The notes beneath the pieces were generated by a model. That model worked only from the letters and a program-made list of their open reading frames with translations. It did no database searches and was not told the DNA's origin. A stretch of 51,388 nucleotides of DNA, the filler included, from Jimgerdemannia flammicorona (taxonomy: Eukaryota), in assembly GCA_003990765.1 (NCBI GenBank). It is 2 parts of 2 records of this genome, joined end to end, with 100 filler letters (N's around TTAATTAATTAA, not from the genome) between each part and the next. Parts side by side here need not be neighbours in the genome. Positions count along the whole stretch, not along the records: positions 25,752 to 51,388 come from RBNJ01000807.1; 1 more part is not named here. One strand, 5' to 3'. Positions 49,845 to 51,388 of the stretch are shown piece after piece. The translations under genes and the position numbers were made by a program. How positions within the stretch are numbered: position 1 is the stretch's first letter; every line of letters begins with the position of its first letter.

Positions 49845-50381
49845 TACTCTAAATGAGCCAATTTAATCCAGATTAGATTCAAATTCCATCCAGATTGGTT
49901 TGAATCAACTATTGTTTTGATTCCTAAATTAAATAATTAAATATTATATCAATAACTTGATGAATAATTATCTAATTTTGATAATCTTGATATCATTTGA
50001 AAGCTCTTAATAAGGTCTTTCTAATGATATCAAGAATATTAAAATTGGATTATGCATTGCCAAGCTATTAAGAAAAACATTCTTTTGAAGAAATTTCCAA
50101 AATTGGTAAGTTAAATAATTTTCAAAATTGGCAAGTCAGATGTTTTCCTTAATAACTCAGTTACTTATTATTATTAGAAAGACCTTATTAAGGGCTTTCA
50201 AATAACACTAAGATTAATAAAATTAGGTGATTATTCATTGAGTTATTGATGTAAAAATTTAATTGTCTAATTTGGAAATCAAAACAATAGTTAATTCAAA
50301 TCAATCTGAATGGAATTTGAATTCTATCTAAGTTGATCTAGATGGAATTCAAATCTGATCTGAATTAACTCATTTAGAGTA
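49845..50381. mobile_element. Foldback MITE-like element with ~185-bp inverted arms, TA-flanked
   Basis: TACTCTAAATGAG (49845) ... CTCATTTAGAGTA (50381). 49845-50030 is an imperfect reverse complement of ~50168-50381. Confidence 0.75.
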
Positions 50382-50384
50382 CTA

Positions 50385-50733
50385 CTTAAATAAATTGAAT
50401 TAATTCAAATCAAATTGAATAGAGAGTCATTCAAATCAAATCAAATTGGAGTTTTTTCAATTTGAATCAAGTTCAAATTAAATTGAATTTAAATAAAATT
50501 GAGGGTCTAATTCAAACCCTATTTTTCAAAATATAATAACTCAATAAAAATATATCCAAAATTAATAATCTTTAGCTTATTAGATTTCTTTTATATAGAG
50601 AAATCTAACAAGCTAAAGATAATTAAATTTAGATATGTTTTTGTCAAGTTATTATATTTTGAAAAATAGGGTTCAAATTAAATCTCAAATTGAATTAAAT
50701 CTGTAATTCAATCAAATTGATTCATTAGGAGTA
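50385..50733. mobile_element. Second adjacent foldback element with a ~95-bp-arm central palindrome
   Basis: ~50497-50590 pairs with ~50598-50692 (aaccctatttttcaaaatataataact / agttattatattttgaaaaatagggtt; ctttagctt.ttagatttct / agaaatctaa.aagctaaag). Outer ends approximate. Confidence 0.65.
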
Positions 50734-51388
50734 CTAACTAATATATTATGATGGTATAGCCAGATTAGGAAGAAGAAAATAGGGAATAGACACTTGATTG
50801 CACCCATTTCCAAAGTAGTATAGTTTTATAGTTAGCAGTCGTCAATTTAGACATTGTCTAAATTTCTAGACATTGTCCAAATTGAACACCCTGATTTAGT
50901 ATAGCATTTCGACATTATCTAAATTTCTAGACATTGTCTAAATGACTCATAACTTAGCTGCGTAACTCAGTAGCCATCTCATAGCTAGCAAACTTGTATA
51001 AATAACCCAGTATCTTCAAGTAAATAAACCTCAGATCAAAAGTGTTAGAAAAGAATAAGTATACTGATAAAAGGACCTTCAGAATTACCTCTTTAAAAAA
51101 AAACACATTTGGCCTCAAGGAACTACTGACTCTGGGAGTCAAGAAGACAAGAATTCAAGATAAAAAAATCCAATATACTTGCCCACCTTAGTATCCGCTA
51201 TGTTACAATATATATCAGTCTATGCAAATAATAGTCTTCTTAATAGAAAGTTTCAGAATTGCCTCATTATATTTTCTTTTATACTTTAGATGAGAGAGAT
51301 GGAGAAAATATATGGGCAGAGTGAGGGGAAAGTTGGAGTGGTAGATGATAGAGTAGTTTTTAAGTATGAGAGTGTGGAAAGGGGGGGG

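Overview
Eukaryotic, intron-rich fungal genomic DNA. The Crinkler gene, gene style and CpG-decayed repeats suggest Mucoromycota, e.g. Endogonales (inference). Two contigs are joined by an artificial N44-TTAATTAATTAA-N44 linker at 25652-25751. The left contig is transposon-rich. It holds AT-rich, C>T-decayed tandem arrays around a cryptic tyrosine-recombinase pseudogene (~4450-6800), a CpG-normal island with a frameshifted Crinkler gene (8963-11346), a full-length degenerate Ty3/Gypsy LTR retrotransposon (11849-22016) and another tandem array. The right contig carries EAF1/VID21 (-), a Nup1/Nup153-like FG nucleoporin (+), a tail-to-tail inverted duplication of two Amt/Mep ammonium transporters, and foldback MITEs. 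The most interesting object is the retrotransposon. After reverting C>T stop codons it appears to be a four-cistron element. ORF1 (Gag-protease-Cys/His clusters-dUTPase) leads by a -1 slippery site plus stem-loop into RT-RNaseH. An AUGA stop/start overlap then opens a separate integrase ORF, and a second AUGA overlap opens an unknown 171-aa ORF4. The LTRs carry multiple copies of the reverse complement of the tRNA-Pro-type primer-binding site. All assignments come from reading motifs by eye; no searches were run.
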